Origin: Vulcanimicrobiota bacterium
GTDB lineage: Bacteria > Vulcanimicrobiota > Vulcanimicrobiia > Vulcanimicrobiales > Vulcanimicrobiaceae
Assembly: GCA_963714015.1 (NCBI GenBank)
Contig: OY970223.1
Span: forward strand, 2,848,001-2,912,000
DNA: 64,000 nucleotides
Direction of reading: 5' to 3'
Part shown: piece after piece, positions 20,001-31,242 of the stretch
How positions within the stretch are numbered: position 1 is the stretch's first letter
How the letters are laid out: the number at the start of each line of letters is the position of its first letter
Notes under the pieces: generated by a model
The model's database searches: none
What the model was told of the DNA's origin: nothing
The model's input: the letters and a program-made list of their open reading frames with translations, nothing else
Made by a program: the position numbers and the translations under genes

Positions 20001-21461
20001 TTATGGAAGATTCGGATCGCCGTAGTGCACCGCAGGATTATTTGGTGAATAGGTCGCGGTTATAGTGCACGGTGCCTTTGGAGGGATCGATTGCGTTTCC
20101 ACGGCGACTTCCTTAAACGTGGACGTGCCGCCGATCATCTCGTCTATGTCGTAGGATAATTTATGCGCGTAGGTATAAATGTCGCTGCCATGAGGGCCTT
20201 TAATGCCCGTATCGCAACTTGATGTTTCGACTGAGCTCTGCAGAATCGCACAGTAGCCATGCGAATCCATACTACACTTTGCCGGCTGCGGGTCGGTGAC
20301 TTCCCAGGCGGGATAACCTTGCGCATCGGTATACTGCCCGAATGAATACACATATCCGTTCCCTGAGCCGTCATCGACGAAACACCCGCCTTGGGGCGTG
20401 TGCACGGAATAGTCGCTAAAACCCAGTCCGCGCCAATAGTTGTTTTGATCGTTGCCGGTCGATTCATCCGCGACCTGGATATCGTCGGCGCTCGCGTCCG
20501 GTACCATCGGGCAACCGATAAGAGTCGGCGATTCATAGTCGTACTCGTCGAGTGTCCATCCGATGAAACCGTTTGAACCCGCTTGCAGCCCGGCGTTACT
20601 AGACAAGAAATTACCGGTCCCTTCGTATACCTGGTCCCATTGGCTCGTCGCATAGTTATAAATAAATGCATACCAGTCCGAGGTGTTGGGATCGGTGGTG
20701 GGCTGTTCTGACTCCACGGTGATGCGTGGTATTCCGTCCCCAAAGTTCCGAATGTAGTTGTTTTGAAACGTACTGTCCATAACGTCGACAACCGGGTAGC
20801 CCTCGAACGCATTCTGGCCCGTATTGCAAAAATCGCCCACCCAAAAGATCGACGTCGTATTTGACTGTCCATTTAGGCGGTAGAAGTCAGTGCCAGTTTC
20901 GAGGCAATTGCCTGTACCAGTGCCGAGGCTGCACGGTGGCCCGAAATCGTTGCAACCGCCATGCAAGTTGGTAGCTATGTTATTGTCGCAGCCAATGCCC
21001 GAATCGCTGCCAGAACACGTTGTACCCGGCGGAGTCAGGGATACCGAGCCTCCGTTCGTATAAGCGCTAAGATCCGCATAAGCGTCGTCATAGCCGTTGT
21101 TGATGTCAAAGCCCACTTGCTGGCCGGTTTGTCCAGAAAACTGTGATAGCGGGATACGACCCCGATTTGCCCTTCTAATGTGAAGGACATTCGTAAAAAA
21201 CGCGTCGGAATGGCGCAATTCTGCTGGCGCTTGAATTCGGCGTATCGAGCTTGGCATCGTGCCAATCGTACTTGGACTGAACGAAGCCGGAAGAGGCGTC
21301 GCCGCCGTGGCGGTCTGGAGCGGTTCCAGCAGATACGGCGAGTCGTCAACTTTCGAAAGTGGTGGCCTTGGCACTGTAACCGTGGCCGGCAACTGCGAGC
21401 ATGCAGCGAACACTAACAAGAAAAGAGTCGCAGTTAAAGAAGATTTATTGAGACTCACCAC
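20001..21461 (-). CDS. Secreted/lipoprotein passenger, acidic and Cys-rich, function unknown
   Basis: Signal peptide LLVFAAC; 486-aa ORF. Confidence 0.75.
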   Translation of the reverse strand: MVSLNKSSLTATLFLLVFAACSQLPATVTVPRPPLSKVDDSPYLLEPLQTATAATPLPASFSPSTIGTMPSSIRRIQAPAELRHSDAFFTNVLHIRRANRGRIPLSQFSGQTGQQVGFDINNGYDDAYADLSAYTNGGSVSLTPPGTTCSGSDSGIGCDNNIATNLHGGCNDFGPPCSLGTGTGNCLETGTDFYRLNGQSNTTSIFWVGDFCNTGQNAFEGYPVVDVMDSTFQNNYIRNFGDGIPRITVESEQPTTDPNTSDWYAFIYNYATSQWDQVYEGTGNFLSSNAGLQAGSNGFIGWTLDEYDYESPTLIGCPMVPDASADDIQVADESTGNDQNNYWRGLGFSDYSVHTPQGGCFVDDGSGNGYVYSFGQYTDAQGYPAWEVTDPQPAKCSMDSHGYCAILQSSVETSSCDTGIKGPHGSDIYTYAHKLSYDIDEMIGGTSTFKEVAVETQSIPPKAPCTITATYSPNNPAVHYGDPNLP

Positions 21462-21481
21462 GTCCAGTTTTTTCGCCTCCG

Positions 21482-21943
21482 TTAGTTATTATTGAATATA
21501 TCCCATCTTTGGACAAAGCGATATGTTCTCACCACTGAGCCGCATCGCGTAGGCGCTGAGGTGTACTTTGAACGCATTGCTGACATCTTGGCTTGATGAT
21601 CGAGAATAGCCATACCCGAGGAGATTAGCATCACGGCCGATAGGGGATCGCCGTTGGCATCCACGCGAACCAATATGACTGTGGGCTGTTCGGGGAGTTT
21701 GATTCCAGACTCACGCGGAAGTTCTATTGCTGGCTGTGCTCGCACGATCAAATCTGCCTGGGTCGGGCATCGCTCAGCGCATGCAGCCGAGGAGGTCTGC
21801 ATGCTTGTGAACATAAGCAACGCCATAATCCAGAGGGATGGGACGACGGCAGTGGAATGCCACGACAGCGCAGTCCGGCGTCGAGAGGGGAACCTCGCAC
21901 AAAAACTGCGGGTCAACTCGTCAAGCAAATAAACACCCGGCAA
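21482..21943 (-). CDS. TonB C-terminal domain protein (start uncertain)
   Basis: VRVDANG...ISSGMAILDHQAKMSAMRSKY. Confidence 0.7.
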   Translation of the reverse strand: MPGVYLLDELTRSFCARFPSRRRTALSWHSTAVVPSLWIMALLMFTSMQTSSAACAERCPTQADLIVRAQPAIELPRESGIKLPEQPTVILVRVDANGDPLSAVMLISSGMAILDHQAKMSAMRSKYTSAPTRCGSVVRTYRFVQRWDIFNNN

Positions 21944-22166
21944 CGGTTCAAGACCATCTAGGATCTACTTCTGGAAACCTGGACCTGCACCTTTGCCTAG
22001 ATCGAACCACGGCGGCGAGGAGGGCCTTGTAGGCGCTTCTTGCCACACGGGATCAACACCGGACGAGGAAGACGACGTAAACTTCGGAACCGACATTTCA
22101 ACACTGACGCAGCGACGCGAAAATAATCGGTTCTAGTGCAGGATCAACGATAGAATCCGAATAGCC

Positions 22167-22940
22167 GAAATTTCTTCTTCAACGATTGCCAGCTCTGCTT
22201 CGACCTGTTGCTTTGATTTCGAATCTGCGCCGGACGACGCCCAACGAATTGCCTGCAAAAGATCCGTGAGGCCCTTTGCGTCGATGCCGGTTTGCGTGAT
22301 CGATTGCACGTTTACTTGGGATTCGCCCGAAACGTCGCCCCAGACGCCTACATTTCCGATCGAGCGAATGTTGTAGATAACAGGTGAGGTCTTCGCTTTG
22401 TTGGCCTCCGCGGGCGAGAAGCTAACGCCGCTCCCTGTGATGCCTTGCCGCTCCAGTTCGAGCGCCCAATCAAGAATGCGATCTCGAACGGCCTGAATTA
22501 CGCGCTCCATTTCAGAACGATCTACCATTATCCGGACATCAAGCGGTTCGCCCATGTTATGTGCCGCCGCATCCATCAACCACTGCGGCGTCCGCAACAT
22601 CAGCGTTCCGTCATCGGAGACTCTGATGGGCCATATCCTCAATTTGGCTGATGGGATTCCCAATTGGCTGAACGGACGCACGGTCGTTATCCGCTTGATT
22701 ATCAAAAATGACGGGACGCCACCCGAGCATGGGGTTCCACCAGCGTGCAACACCACGCACGTCGCGATACTTCGGAATGCTTGCGGCTGCCTTATACCCC
22801 GCTTGCTCGTGCTCGACCCAGTCCAGCGTATCGGAAAGCTGAAGCTTCGTCGCGACCAATTTCACTTTTCGCAAAAGGTCCACGACGCGAACGTTCGGAT
22901 CGAGACAACGGTTTTGGAGTTCTTCGACGATGCTTGCCAA
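22167..22940 (-). pseudogene. AbiTii-domain protein, N-terminal part (frameshift ~22625, IS-interrupted)
   Basis: SIVEELQ...DLLRKVKLVATKL...WVEHEQAGY...PKYR; ILDWALELERQGITG. Confidence 0.85.
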
Positions 22941-23349
22941 GCGGGCTTCCTCCGATGCGGCGGCGACGCGGCTGTTCCAGGGCGGCTTGTCGGAATCATT
23001 CTGGCCCAGCAAGCGAAATGCACGTCCTACCAGGTAATGGGTAGCGCTGTAGCCGCTACCCGGCGTCCTAGCATTGCCGCTGTCGCTCGCGCTACCGTTC
23101 CCGCGTTTAGATTGAATCACGGCGCGCCGATGATCCGACTTCGGGGGCGACGCTTTTCCCGAACCGCGTCGCAGCACATGGAGGGTAGGAGCGACGAATC
23201 CGTGCTGGACCGGATTTTCTGGAAGCCCGTGCGCGGCGACATCGTCGCCGCCTAGATCCCAGTCCGGTGTAGCCGAAGGTACGTTGCGGCAAGGTGCGCG
23301 ACAAGAAGTTCCGTCGGCGCGTAGCGTCCTTGTCGGGTAGCGTCGATTA

Positions 23350-23894
23350 AACCGTCCATATGAACTTCGCGTCAAACGAAAATTTTTTTGTGTATTGAAC
23401 GTGCCGGGGCCTGGAAGGGATATAAATCTGCGCGGATTTTCAAGCGAGAGCGCTTCGTCTGGGTGGCCTTCCGTTGAACTTGGTCGCTGCCGCCACAAGT
23501 TCTTCGTAGAGCCGCTCGTTTCTGAACGACAGGTGCGCATATATGCGAGGATCTTTTCCCGCAGCCACGTTGGAACGGCGCGGAGTTTGGCCAGAGCCAG
23601 CATCACCTTCTGCACCACAACGGCGTGGACTTTTGATCTACGATGACATCCTGTGTTGCGGTCTTTCGAAGCGGCTTTTCGCGGATGCGGATGAGCGCGA
23701 TGCCGGCATTCTCAAGAGCGTCGTTTTTCCGAAGATCATCAGCCTCTCTTCCGGCATGCCAGTACGATCCGTCGTATTCGATGCCTGGTGCCAGAGAGGG
23801 GATGAAGATGTCTACTTGGTGTCTCGCAAAGCGGCGTCCGTGTTGAGCGTCCGCAAAAACGCTCTTTAATTCTACGCCGCCCGGCAAGGAGATG
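23350..23894 (-). pseudogene. Fragment of a zinc-ribbon-associated Vsr/DUF559-like endonuclease
   Basis: VDIFIPSL..GIEYDGSYWH...DLRKN...LIRIRE; truncated at both ends. Confidence 0.7.
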
Positions 23895-24077
23895 CTGCTA
23901 GACCTGCTTCCGCGGAGCCGCGCGAGCCGTGCGCCGCGAGGCTCTTCCACGCCGATCCGTTCGACGAAGCCGGTGGCTATTTCGGATTCTTCGTGGAACC
24001 GCAGCCTTGGGACAGCCAGCAGATCTGCATGCCGGGCTGATCGGATCTTCCGGCATCAGCGTTTCCGCAACTGCCCC

Positions 24078-25770
24078 CTACAGCATGGCTTCTCTGTCTT
24101 GCTCAATCGCTTCAACGACGGACGCAGTATCAACGTTCACCCGAAGAACAACCTGTGACGAATCCTGAGAGACCGCATCGGCCGCGTGCGCGAGCTGCGC
24201 GGGCCAGTCGCTGATCTGCGCGTACAGCGACTTCACCAGCGCCGCCACCGCGGCTCGCGTACGGGAAACGGTCGTCGGCGGCGAGGCCGCGGAAAGGGTC
24301 CGTTCGGCGTCAATGATCTCTTCGAGAAGCGTCGCGTACCGCAACACCAGCAGCTCCGTTGAACCGGTGGGCGATGCGGCGTGCTCCAGCGCCGGCCCGA
24401 GTTCGGCGAAGGCGGCGCGAAAGCCATCCATCGCCTGGGACACGAGCGCCATGTAGGCAGCCGCGTCCACCGCCTTTGCGGGAGCGGCCTGCGCCGGGCG
24501 CGACGATCGCCCGTCCACTTCATTTCGAAGACGCTGGGACAGATCATGCCAGTAAGCCTTGATCGCATCCTTCGGCCCGCGCGTCGTCAGGTTGACTGTC
24601 AGCGTTGCGGGGGCCGACGTCGGTCGGTTGGAACGCAGCGGAGCCACGGCCTGCGCGGCGGGCCCGTCCGCAGTCCGTTGCGTCGCTCCCTCACCACCGT
24701 GCGCGGTGCGCATCCGTTGCAACGCCGCGAGGAACTCATCGGCGGCTCCTGTTCGCGACAGCTCGATGTACCCTCGCACGCCGGTTTCCGACGAGAACAG
24801 CACGTCCTGGTACATCACTACCGGCATCTGCCGGTTGTTCGAGAAGCGCCGATCCGGAGCGCCACTCTTATTCACGTACCTCCACGTCGAGCCGACGATC
24901 TTCGCGTCACGGGGAACCGCGCCGTCCTCCACGAACCTGCGCTCGGACGCGGTCGCGCGAAACCGCTCGTACGACAGCGCCCCGATGCCCCCCGCGTTCG
25001 TTATGAACACGCGGTCCGGAAGAAAGTAGAACGCGTCGCCGGCGAGCTTCAGACTTGGGATGGCGACGTTCGTCTTAAGGAACGGGGCGCGGTCTCCGCC
25101 GACCACCAGCGGACGCCGATCCACAAGGTCCGTCGCGCCGGCGTTGTGCTTGTAGTCCGTGGTCGTCTGCTTCGAGGCTGACGCTCCACGCACGGGCGCA
25201 CGAGCCGATCTGCATGACGCCCTCGTACAGCGCGCGAAACGCGTCTTCGACGGCCGGTTCCAAATCGTACATAACCACGACGCTTCTCGCGCGTTGCTCT
25301 AACGCGTGCAGCGGATACGCGCCAATCACGCCAATCGCAACGATCGCCAGACCCAGGACGGCGAAGTGCGGAAGAACGCTCCAGATGGCGATGCACCAAA
25401 GTACCATCCCCATGCCGAACCACGGCGGCGTCTTGCTTTTACGCCGAATTTCGTCTAGGAGTGATTCGGCGTCCGAATCGGAGATCTCCGACGCGGGCGC
25501 GCTCTGGATCGCGTCTCCAGTCTCGGTCTGGGCGACCGGCGGCGGAGCCGAACCGTTTGACGGAACCTGGACTTCCGCCGGCCGCGACGATGATCTGTTG
25601 AAAAGGTACTTCCGGTAATACAGGCCCTCGCGACCGGCATGGACGTACATGCCGCGTGGCCCGCTTCCGATCCGAAAGCCCGTGACGCCCCCGGACACTC
25701 CGATGCCGCTCTTCGAAAGATTGAAGCGAATCGGACCCACCCGAAGACTCTTACGGATGTAAAAGCCCAT
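24078..25770 (-). CDS. DUF4236 domain membrane protein (frameshift ~25175)
   Basis: MGFYIRKSLRVGPIRFNLSKSGIGVS; TWRYVNKSGAPDRRFSNN. Confidence 0.85.
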
Positions 25771-26214
25771 GCGAAACGCTTCTTCCCTCGTCGGGAGATC
25801 CTTCGCGGGAGTTTGCGCCCCTCTTAATCGGCGGCATGCTCGCCAGCTTTTTACGGTCGCGAGAGCGGATCGGCATCGCTCCCTCGGCCCCGGTGACGCC
25901 GGCGGTCGGCATCGGACCATACGGCATCCAGGTGGAAGAACTTTTTTCTGCGCCAGTATCGCGGCTAGCGCTGCCAATAGGGGTTGGAAGCAGCCAAATC
26001 TTTCAGGACCATCAGCATGGAAGCCGCCGACACATCAAAGCCGCAGTTGACCGAGATTCAGCGGTACGATCAGCGTAAAATTTTACGCGAGCAGAATGCC
26101 GGTGAAGCCTCCGAGTTCGCGAAGCGCGTTCATCGGGGCACCTGAACCAATACGGAATCCCGTCCACGACTTAGACTCGGCGCAAACGGTGACCAAACGA
26201 TGGACGCACTCCCA

Positions 26215-26933
26215 CTACTGGGGATATTCGGAGTGTATCAGTTCGCGATCACTATCAGACAGCCTCACGGTTTAGGCCGGTCGAAAAGCCGTCAAGGGTC
26301 CACGACGCCGGGATAGGATACATCATTATGGATTTCGCATCTACCGGCGTCGACTGTACCTTGTCAGGATCGTATCGGTCGAAAATGTTGCGTTGAATGG
26401 TCGACTCGTCCCAGTTGTTAGGCGGCTGAGAAAGAACGGCAATAACTGCGGAGCGATCCCACCGAATAGGATGCGTTGGATTCTGATGCTCGTGGATTAG
26501 TCCGAAAGCGTGTCCGAATTCATGCAAAACGACCGAACTGAGGGTCGCGTCATCGCTTGAAGAATCCAGCCAACCGAAGTTCATCGTTGGCTCGCCAGTA
26601 GGAACGTCCTTGCACAGCGTTCCAATATACGACCAGGACCCGTGGCCTTGTTGGAAGCGGATGCGGACATCGGGCGTACCATTTGAGACGAAACGCAGCG
26701 TCAAGTTAGCCATTTTCGGGCCTATCCATTGTATCGCAGACTTCTGGACCCGCTTGCAAACCGCTGGATCGCCGTCCATGAATCCCGCAGTAATGATCTC
26801 CGCTGGTTCCCATTTGTTCTCACGCAGCAGTGCAGCTTTTGCGCCCTGCGTAAATCTGCGTTGAGTATGGCGAGAGGCGCGGCGGCATAACAAGCATGCA
26901 GAAGCGGGTTGCATTGGGTTCCGAGGCGCTCAT
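26215..26933 (-). CDS. Metzincin (M12A/astacin-like) metalloprotease (two apparent frameshifts)
   Basis: HEFGHAFGLIHEHQ zinc motif and SIMMY Met-turn; ATGA overlap with the upstream gene. Confidence 0.9.
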
Positions 26934-28516
26934 GTGCTCGCCGACGCGCTCTGCCCCGGCGCGCCAAGCAGTTCATTTATCGCCACACGGGGCACATCGA
27001 GTTCCATGGACAGTGTTCGCCGGTCTTCATCAGAACTAAACTCCGATCGAATCTCTTGCGGCACCGCAGATTCAATCAAACGTAACGGATCGTGCCAGTG
27101 CGAGAATTGTGGCGTCGATTCCAGATACTCGTCTGCGAGGTCATGCTCTTCTTCATCGGTGCCGTCCTCACGGGACTCTTTGTACTCGTAATCGATACGG
27201 GGATTAAAATAATATAATAGCGGAGCGAAAACGGAAGAAGCCATTTCTCTCCAAGCCAAAAATGGTCCTAACGGCACCATCTCCGCAATGCCACGCCATG
27301 TATTGATAGGCAAGATCGTCGGCTCAGCATTACTTGCCTTCACAAGCAACGTCCAGTCTCTGCGCAACAACGGTGGAATAGTAAATGGAGTGGTGGCGCG
27401 CAGTCCAAAATCGCCGCATTCCAGCGACAATGCCTCCACATCGGGATGGCCATTTCCGAGCAGAAAACGCAGATTTCGAATGACTTTGTCGTACAATGCG
27501 TCGTTGCGTGCCCATGCATACTTCTCCGGATGGAGAAAGACCGACTGGCTGCCTTTTGCTGAGGACTTCGACACGTAACTTTGAGCGGCATTATCGTACG
27601 TGCGTGCCATTAACATCAAGTGAGCGCCGTAAATGCCAAGCATCGGGTTCACAAATTTTTGCGTGAGGAGACCGTCTAGCAGTTCGCCGACCCGATCCGA
27701 AAACAGGGCGCGTTCTTCGGTGAGAGCAAGACGGACGATTTCCGCGTCCTGAAGCATCGAATCTGACGGGTCGAAGCCATCGCCGATTTTCGCCATTGAC
27801 ACCGCCATGTCGGAAAGCATGGCAAACGTTTGACCATGAATGTCGGGCGTCCATCCGGCGGGTTCATCATTATCTGACGGTAGGCTCCTGGTCAAAAGGA
27901 ATATCTGAGTCTGCCACCCGGGACTAGCATAAACGGTCTGTTCAATAGCGGTCTCGTCGCTGTACTGGCTCCGAAGTATATATGCGCCACGATCCAGGGC
28001 GACGGTGCATGCGGACCATGGATCGTCCGTTAAGTCGAGAACGCCCTGCTTGCCATAGTCGGCGATCAAAGTACCGTCTTGGCTGTGCAAGGTGATCGAT
28101 TTCCCAGGAGCGTTACGCGACTCGCTACGAGAGCCGACGCTGTAATGACGCGCCATTACGAAAACCTGGGAGATCCCTTGTCCGGCTGATACGTGGATCA
28201 TTTGCGATTCCCGGCGGGCCGCCTCGATTTGGTATTCATGAGTTTCCGCTGTGCCATCAAGGGGCATAGGCGTCAGAATTTTCGGTGCTTGAAGATGCAC
28301 CGTGGCGTCCTCGTTGTACAATCCTACAGTCTCGTTTTCGTGCCTTCCAAGCCGCGTCTTTATTTTGTAGATGCCCGGCACGGCCCTCGTGCTGAGGTTT
28401 CCTATCCCTCTTGCGAGAAGTTCGTAGGAAGCCGTAATCAAGAAGATCTCAGCAAAAGGATTGTCAACTGAAATGGCAATCTCTATAGACGATGCCTTGC
28501 TCGCAGTTGTTGTCAT
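26930..28516 (-). CDS. Caspase-associated protein of unknown function
   Basis: 528-aa ORF translationally coupled to the caspase; KFVNPMLGIYGAHLML motif. Confidence 0.8.
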   Translation of the reverse strand: MTTTASKASSIEIAISVDNPFAEIFLITASYELLARGIGNLSTRAVPGIYKIKTRLGRHENETVGLYNEDATVHLQAPKILTPMPLDGTAETHEYQIEAARRESQMIHVSAGQGISQVFVMARHYSVGSRSESRNAPGKSITLHSQDGTLIADYGKQGVLDLTDDPWSACTVALDRGAYILRSQYSDETAIEQTVYASPGWQTQIFLLTRSLPSDNDEPAGWTPDIHGQTFAMLSDMAVSMAKIGDGFDPSDSMLQDAEIVRLALTEERALFSDRVGELLDGLLTQKFVNPMLGIYGAHLMLMARTYDNAAQSYVSKSSAKGSQSVFLHPEKYAWARNDALYDKVIRNLRFLLGNGHPDVEALSLECGDFGLRATTPFTIPPLLRRDWTLLVKASNAEPTILPINTWRGIAEMVPLGPFLAWREMASSVFAPLLYYFNPRIDYEYKESREDGTDEEEHDLADEYLESTPQFSHWHDPLRLIESAVPQEIRSEFSSDEDRRTLSMELDVPRVAINELLGAPGQSASAST

Positions 28517-29540
28517 ACTGAGAACGTAAGCACTACGGTGCCGTTGTCTTGTGCGGCGTAGTTTCCGGGCTTAAGCTTCACTGTCGCTCGTCCGTCTTCA
28601 ACCCTTGCTGATGCAACCCTTATTGCGGGGTTGCCACCCAAAATCTGTAGCAGCGTCCCATTAGGCACTCCAGTCTACACTTAGGGTTTTCGATTCCAAG
28701 TCACTTGCCGGGGCGAACAGCAGTTTGTCGTCAAAGCCGAAGTCAGGTTCCATCGAAACGATCCTACTCTTTCGGTCGTTGTCAGGAAGATAATCTTTCA
28801 TACGATTGATGAGATAGCGCTTGAGGCTGGTGCTCGTGACGTTGCCGTACTCATCCGCCGCCACATCCAAGCCTCTTAGCAATGCATATGTGAACACGCC
28901 GTGAACTAAACCATCCGGCATCTTCGCCTCGACGGACACGAGTCTTGAACCGCGCGGAATACGCTGAGAACACTCGGCAAGCCGAAGAATTGCCGTGCAC
29001 CCGACGGAAACTCGGCAATTGCGGAACGACCGTCATCTGGTAGTTCATGCAGCAGTCCATCCACAATACGAACTCATCGAAGTACGCGGCGTTATAGAAC
29101 CAATCCAACCAGGCAGTAGCGTACACGTGCTCAGTTTGGACGCTGGTGGCATTGGCCGCGAATATCGCGCCGTGGGCACGAGCAGGCGCAAATCCATGAC
29201 CGCTCATATACACGTAGAGCCGCCGGCCGACGGGCGGGTTCGCGTTGGCGTTTACCTGTGCCAATGATTCTAGGCGTGCGAACTCGCCAACAACGTTCGC
29301 GGTTGCGGGCACGGCCGTCGCAACCGAGTAATTCGGCGGCAAGGGGTCAGGCGAACAAACAAGCCTCGCTCGCGTGGGATCCAATCCGCCTTTTCGCGGA
29401 TGAATTAACCATTCGTGGATAGCAACTGCATCGTTGATGGGTCCCCGCAAATCCTGTGGCTCGGCAGGCGTCGAACCAAAGCCTGGATAATTCGCGATTC
29501 CCACTACGATTGCGTAGTCGGTCGGATTCAAGGCCGGCAT
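28513..29540 (-). CDS. Caspase-like peptidase C14 (frameshifts ~28945 and ~28670)
   Basis: YAIVVGIANY, LRGPINDA, MSGHG (His), WMDCC (Cys), GVFTYALLRGL. Confidence 0.9.
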
Positions 29541-29622
29541 TGGCGTCAGTGCGCGGACCGCTGCTTATTGCACATCGTCGGCTTCATGCCCAGATGACGC
29601 GGACCATGCGCGCTGCTCCGAC

Positions 29623-30120
29623 TCAAAACCATGGCTCTAAAAATGCCCGGCGCGGACGCGCGGGGCTTTGGATCATTGCAGCCGCTCCTGGGGGGCCTCC
29701 TCCGGGCGCGGGTGCGCCGGCTGGAGCGCCGAGGCTCGCCCTGGGATTGCCCACGCCGTTTGCATTTCCAGCGACAGATGTTGCGCCAGACGCCGTTGCA
29801 AAGATCAGAAAGCCATTTAGCACGCCCATCAGATAGTCGACGCCGCCTGGCGGAGGCCCGTCCGGAACGGTGAGCGTCGGCGCAACGTACACCCCGATAC
29901 ATCCTACTAAGACCGACAGAGCCAGGCCAAGCCATCGCGGATTGAAGTTGAAAGCGCGCTGCAAACCATTTGAGACAACAAATACGATTGTGCTCGCGCT
30001 CGCCAGCGACGCAAAGCTAATTAAGGTGAAGAACTGACTCGAAGCTGTACCGCCCTCCGTGGGCGTCGTGGTACTCGTTTGTGATTGAAGAAACGCAATC
30101 ACGAAATGATAGTGCATCAT
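29623..30120 (-). CDS. Small membrane protein (~3 TM) with a Pro/Gly-rich tail
   Basis: Three hydrophobic segments; overlaps the upstream stop. Confidence 0.75.
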   Translation of the reverse strand: MMHYHFVIAFLQSQTSTTTPTEGGTASSQFFTLISFASLASASTIVFVVSNGLQRAFNFNPRWLGLALSVLVGCIGVYVAPTLTVPDGPPPGGVDYLMGVLNGFLIFATASGATSVAGNANGVGNPRASLGAPAGAPAPGGGPPGAAAMIQSPARPRRAFLEPWF

Positions 30121-31226
30121 GACACCTCCGATCGCAACGTTGTTGCAGTCCGTTTCCGGGTCGCGACATTGGCTTGAATCTGTGCCTTCCCTAGCGCTTC
30201 CAAGATCGGCTTTATTTCCCCTACCCCGTAGAGTTTGCCTGGTTCGAGCGGGTTACGGGCTGGATGCAGCGGAACGATAATGTCGCTAGCGTCGTCTGCG
30301 CTCTTGAGCCACAGCACCACGACGTGTATGCTGGGCATCCTTAAGAGACGACTCTCTCTCAGCGTGTGGTCGGCCCGCAAACGCGAACGCGTGTCACTTA
30401 TCCGCTGTAAAGTATCACCGACTTGCGGACCGCTAGTGATAGTTGCGTCTCGAAACGCGCCATCGACATCGTATACATCGATAGCGTAGGGACCATCTGA
30501 AGACTGGCTGAGCTGCTGCCAACCTACCGAAACGGCCTTGTCCAAGTTAAAATCGTTCGCTAAATCAGCAAGTCGCATGGCATAAATTTGGCTTACGCTT
30601 TGTCGATCACCCTTGCTAGGCGCTCGCGCTCTTCGCTTCTTAGGCGATCTTCGTGGTTTGGCCGTGAAGTTGTCAAATGTGGAAGCCACTGCGGTTGGCG
30701 GCATCGCGTGCGCAATCGAATCTTGGGCTACGTTTGCGAATGTCTGCGTGTAGTAGGTCGATACCCAACTCCAGCTTCCAAGATATTTATTGCAGAAGTC
30801 ATCGTAACCGCACGGTGCGATAGTGCCGTGTTCGGGATCGCAGATTTGTAGCGTCGCCGGAGACGTTGATGCCGCCGAGATTACGACGAAGTGATCGGTG
30901 CCGTCAAAGTCTACGCCGGCCGCGACAGGGCGGCCGGCTTGCAACTCTTGCACGATCTGGTCTACCGGAATCGTTCCGGACACCGGTGCGTTGAGGTTCT
31001 GCGTACTGGATAGCGCGGCATCGAGTGCGGCCGGCTTGTTGCATGCTGCGTTCTTGGGGCAGCAGCCGGAAATTTGGAGAACTTCTTGGGCGAGGCTACA
31101 CTGCGACCAAGGGCTTCTGTTGGGATCGTAAAACCGTGACACGCTCACCGCAACCGCAGCCCAACACCACTGGTCTTGGAGTTGCTGTTGGATGCTAAAC
31201 GCTACGCTGGCCTCCCAGTTGCTCAT
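30117..31226 (-). CDS. Papain-fold cysteine peptidase (C39-like) fused to an uncharacterised C-terminal domain
   Basis: QQQLQDQWCWAA (Cys), DHFVVI (His), ICDP (Asp); C-terminal RLLRMPSIHVVVLWL domain. Confidence 0.85.
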   Translation of the reverse strand: MSNWEASVAFSIQQQLQDQWCWAAVAVSVSRFYDPNRSPWSQCSLAQEVLQISGCCPKNAACNKPAALDAALSSTQNLNAPVSGTIPVDQIVQELQAGRPVAAGVDFDGTDHFVVISAASTSPATLQICDPEHGTIAPCGYDDFCNKYLGSWSWVSTYYTQTFANVAQDSIAHAMPPTAVASTFDNFTAKPRRSPKKRRARAPSKGDRQSVSQIYAMRLADLANDFNLDKAVSVGWQQLSQSSDGPYAIDVYDVDGAFRDATITSGPQVGDTLQRISDTRSRLRADHTLRESRLLRMPSIHVVVLWLKSADDASDIIVPLHPARNPLEPGKLYGVGEIKPILEALGKAQIQANVATRKRTATTLRSEVS

Positions 31227-31242
31227 TTTGAAAAGCGGCCAG

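Larger units (their letters stand above)
18365..22166 (+). mobile_element. ISL3-family element with passenger genes, 3802 bp, 8-bp target duplication GAAATTTC
   Basis: Duplication at 18357-18364 and 22167-22174; imperfect IRs GGGTATCCGTAATACATTGTTGGTC / GGCTATTCGGATTCTATCGTTGATC (17/25). Confidence 0.85.

Noticed and set aside
12288..23261. CTAGATCCCA 10-bp direct repeat as an insertion boundary
   Set aside because: Joining the flanks does not restore a recognisable gene; could be chance.
22611..23618. 335-aa ORF as a single gene
   Set aside because: It is a chance read-through linking a nuclease fragment, intergenic DNA and the AbiTii start, which has its own RBS before 22940.
26930..28516. 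Bacterial gasdermin next to the caspase
   Set aside because: About twice the usual size, with no recognisable gasdermin features.
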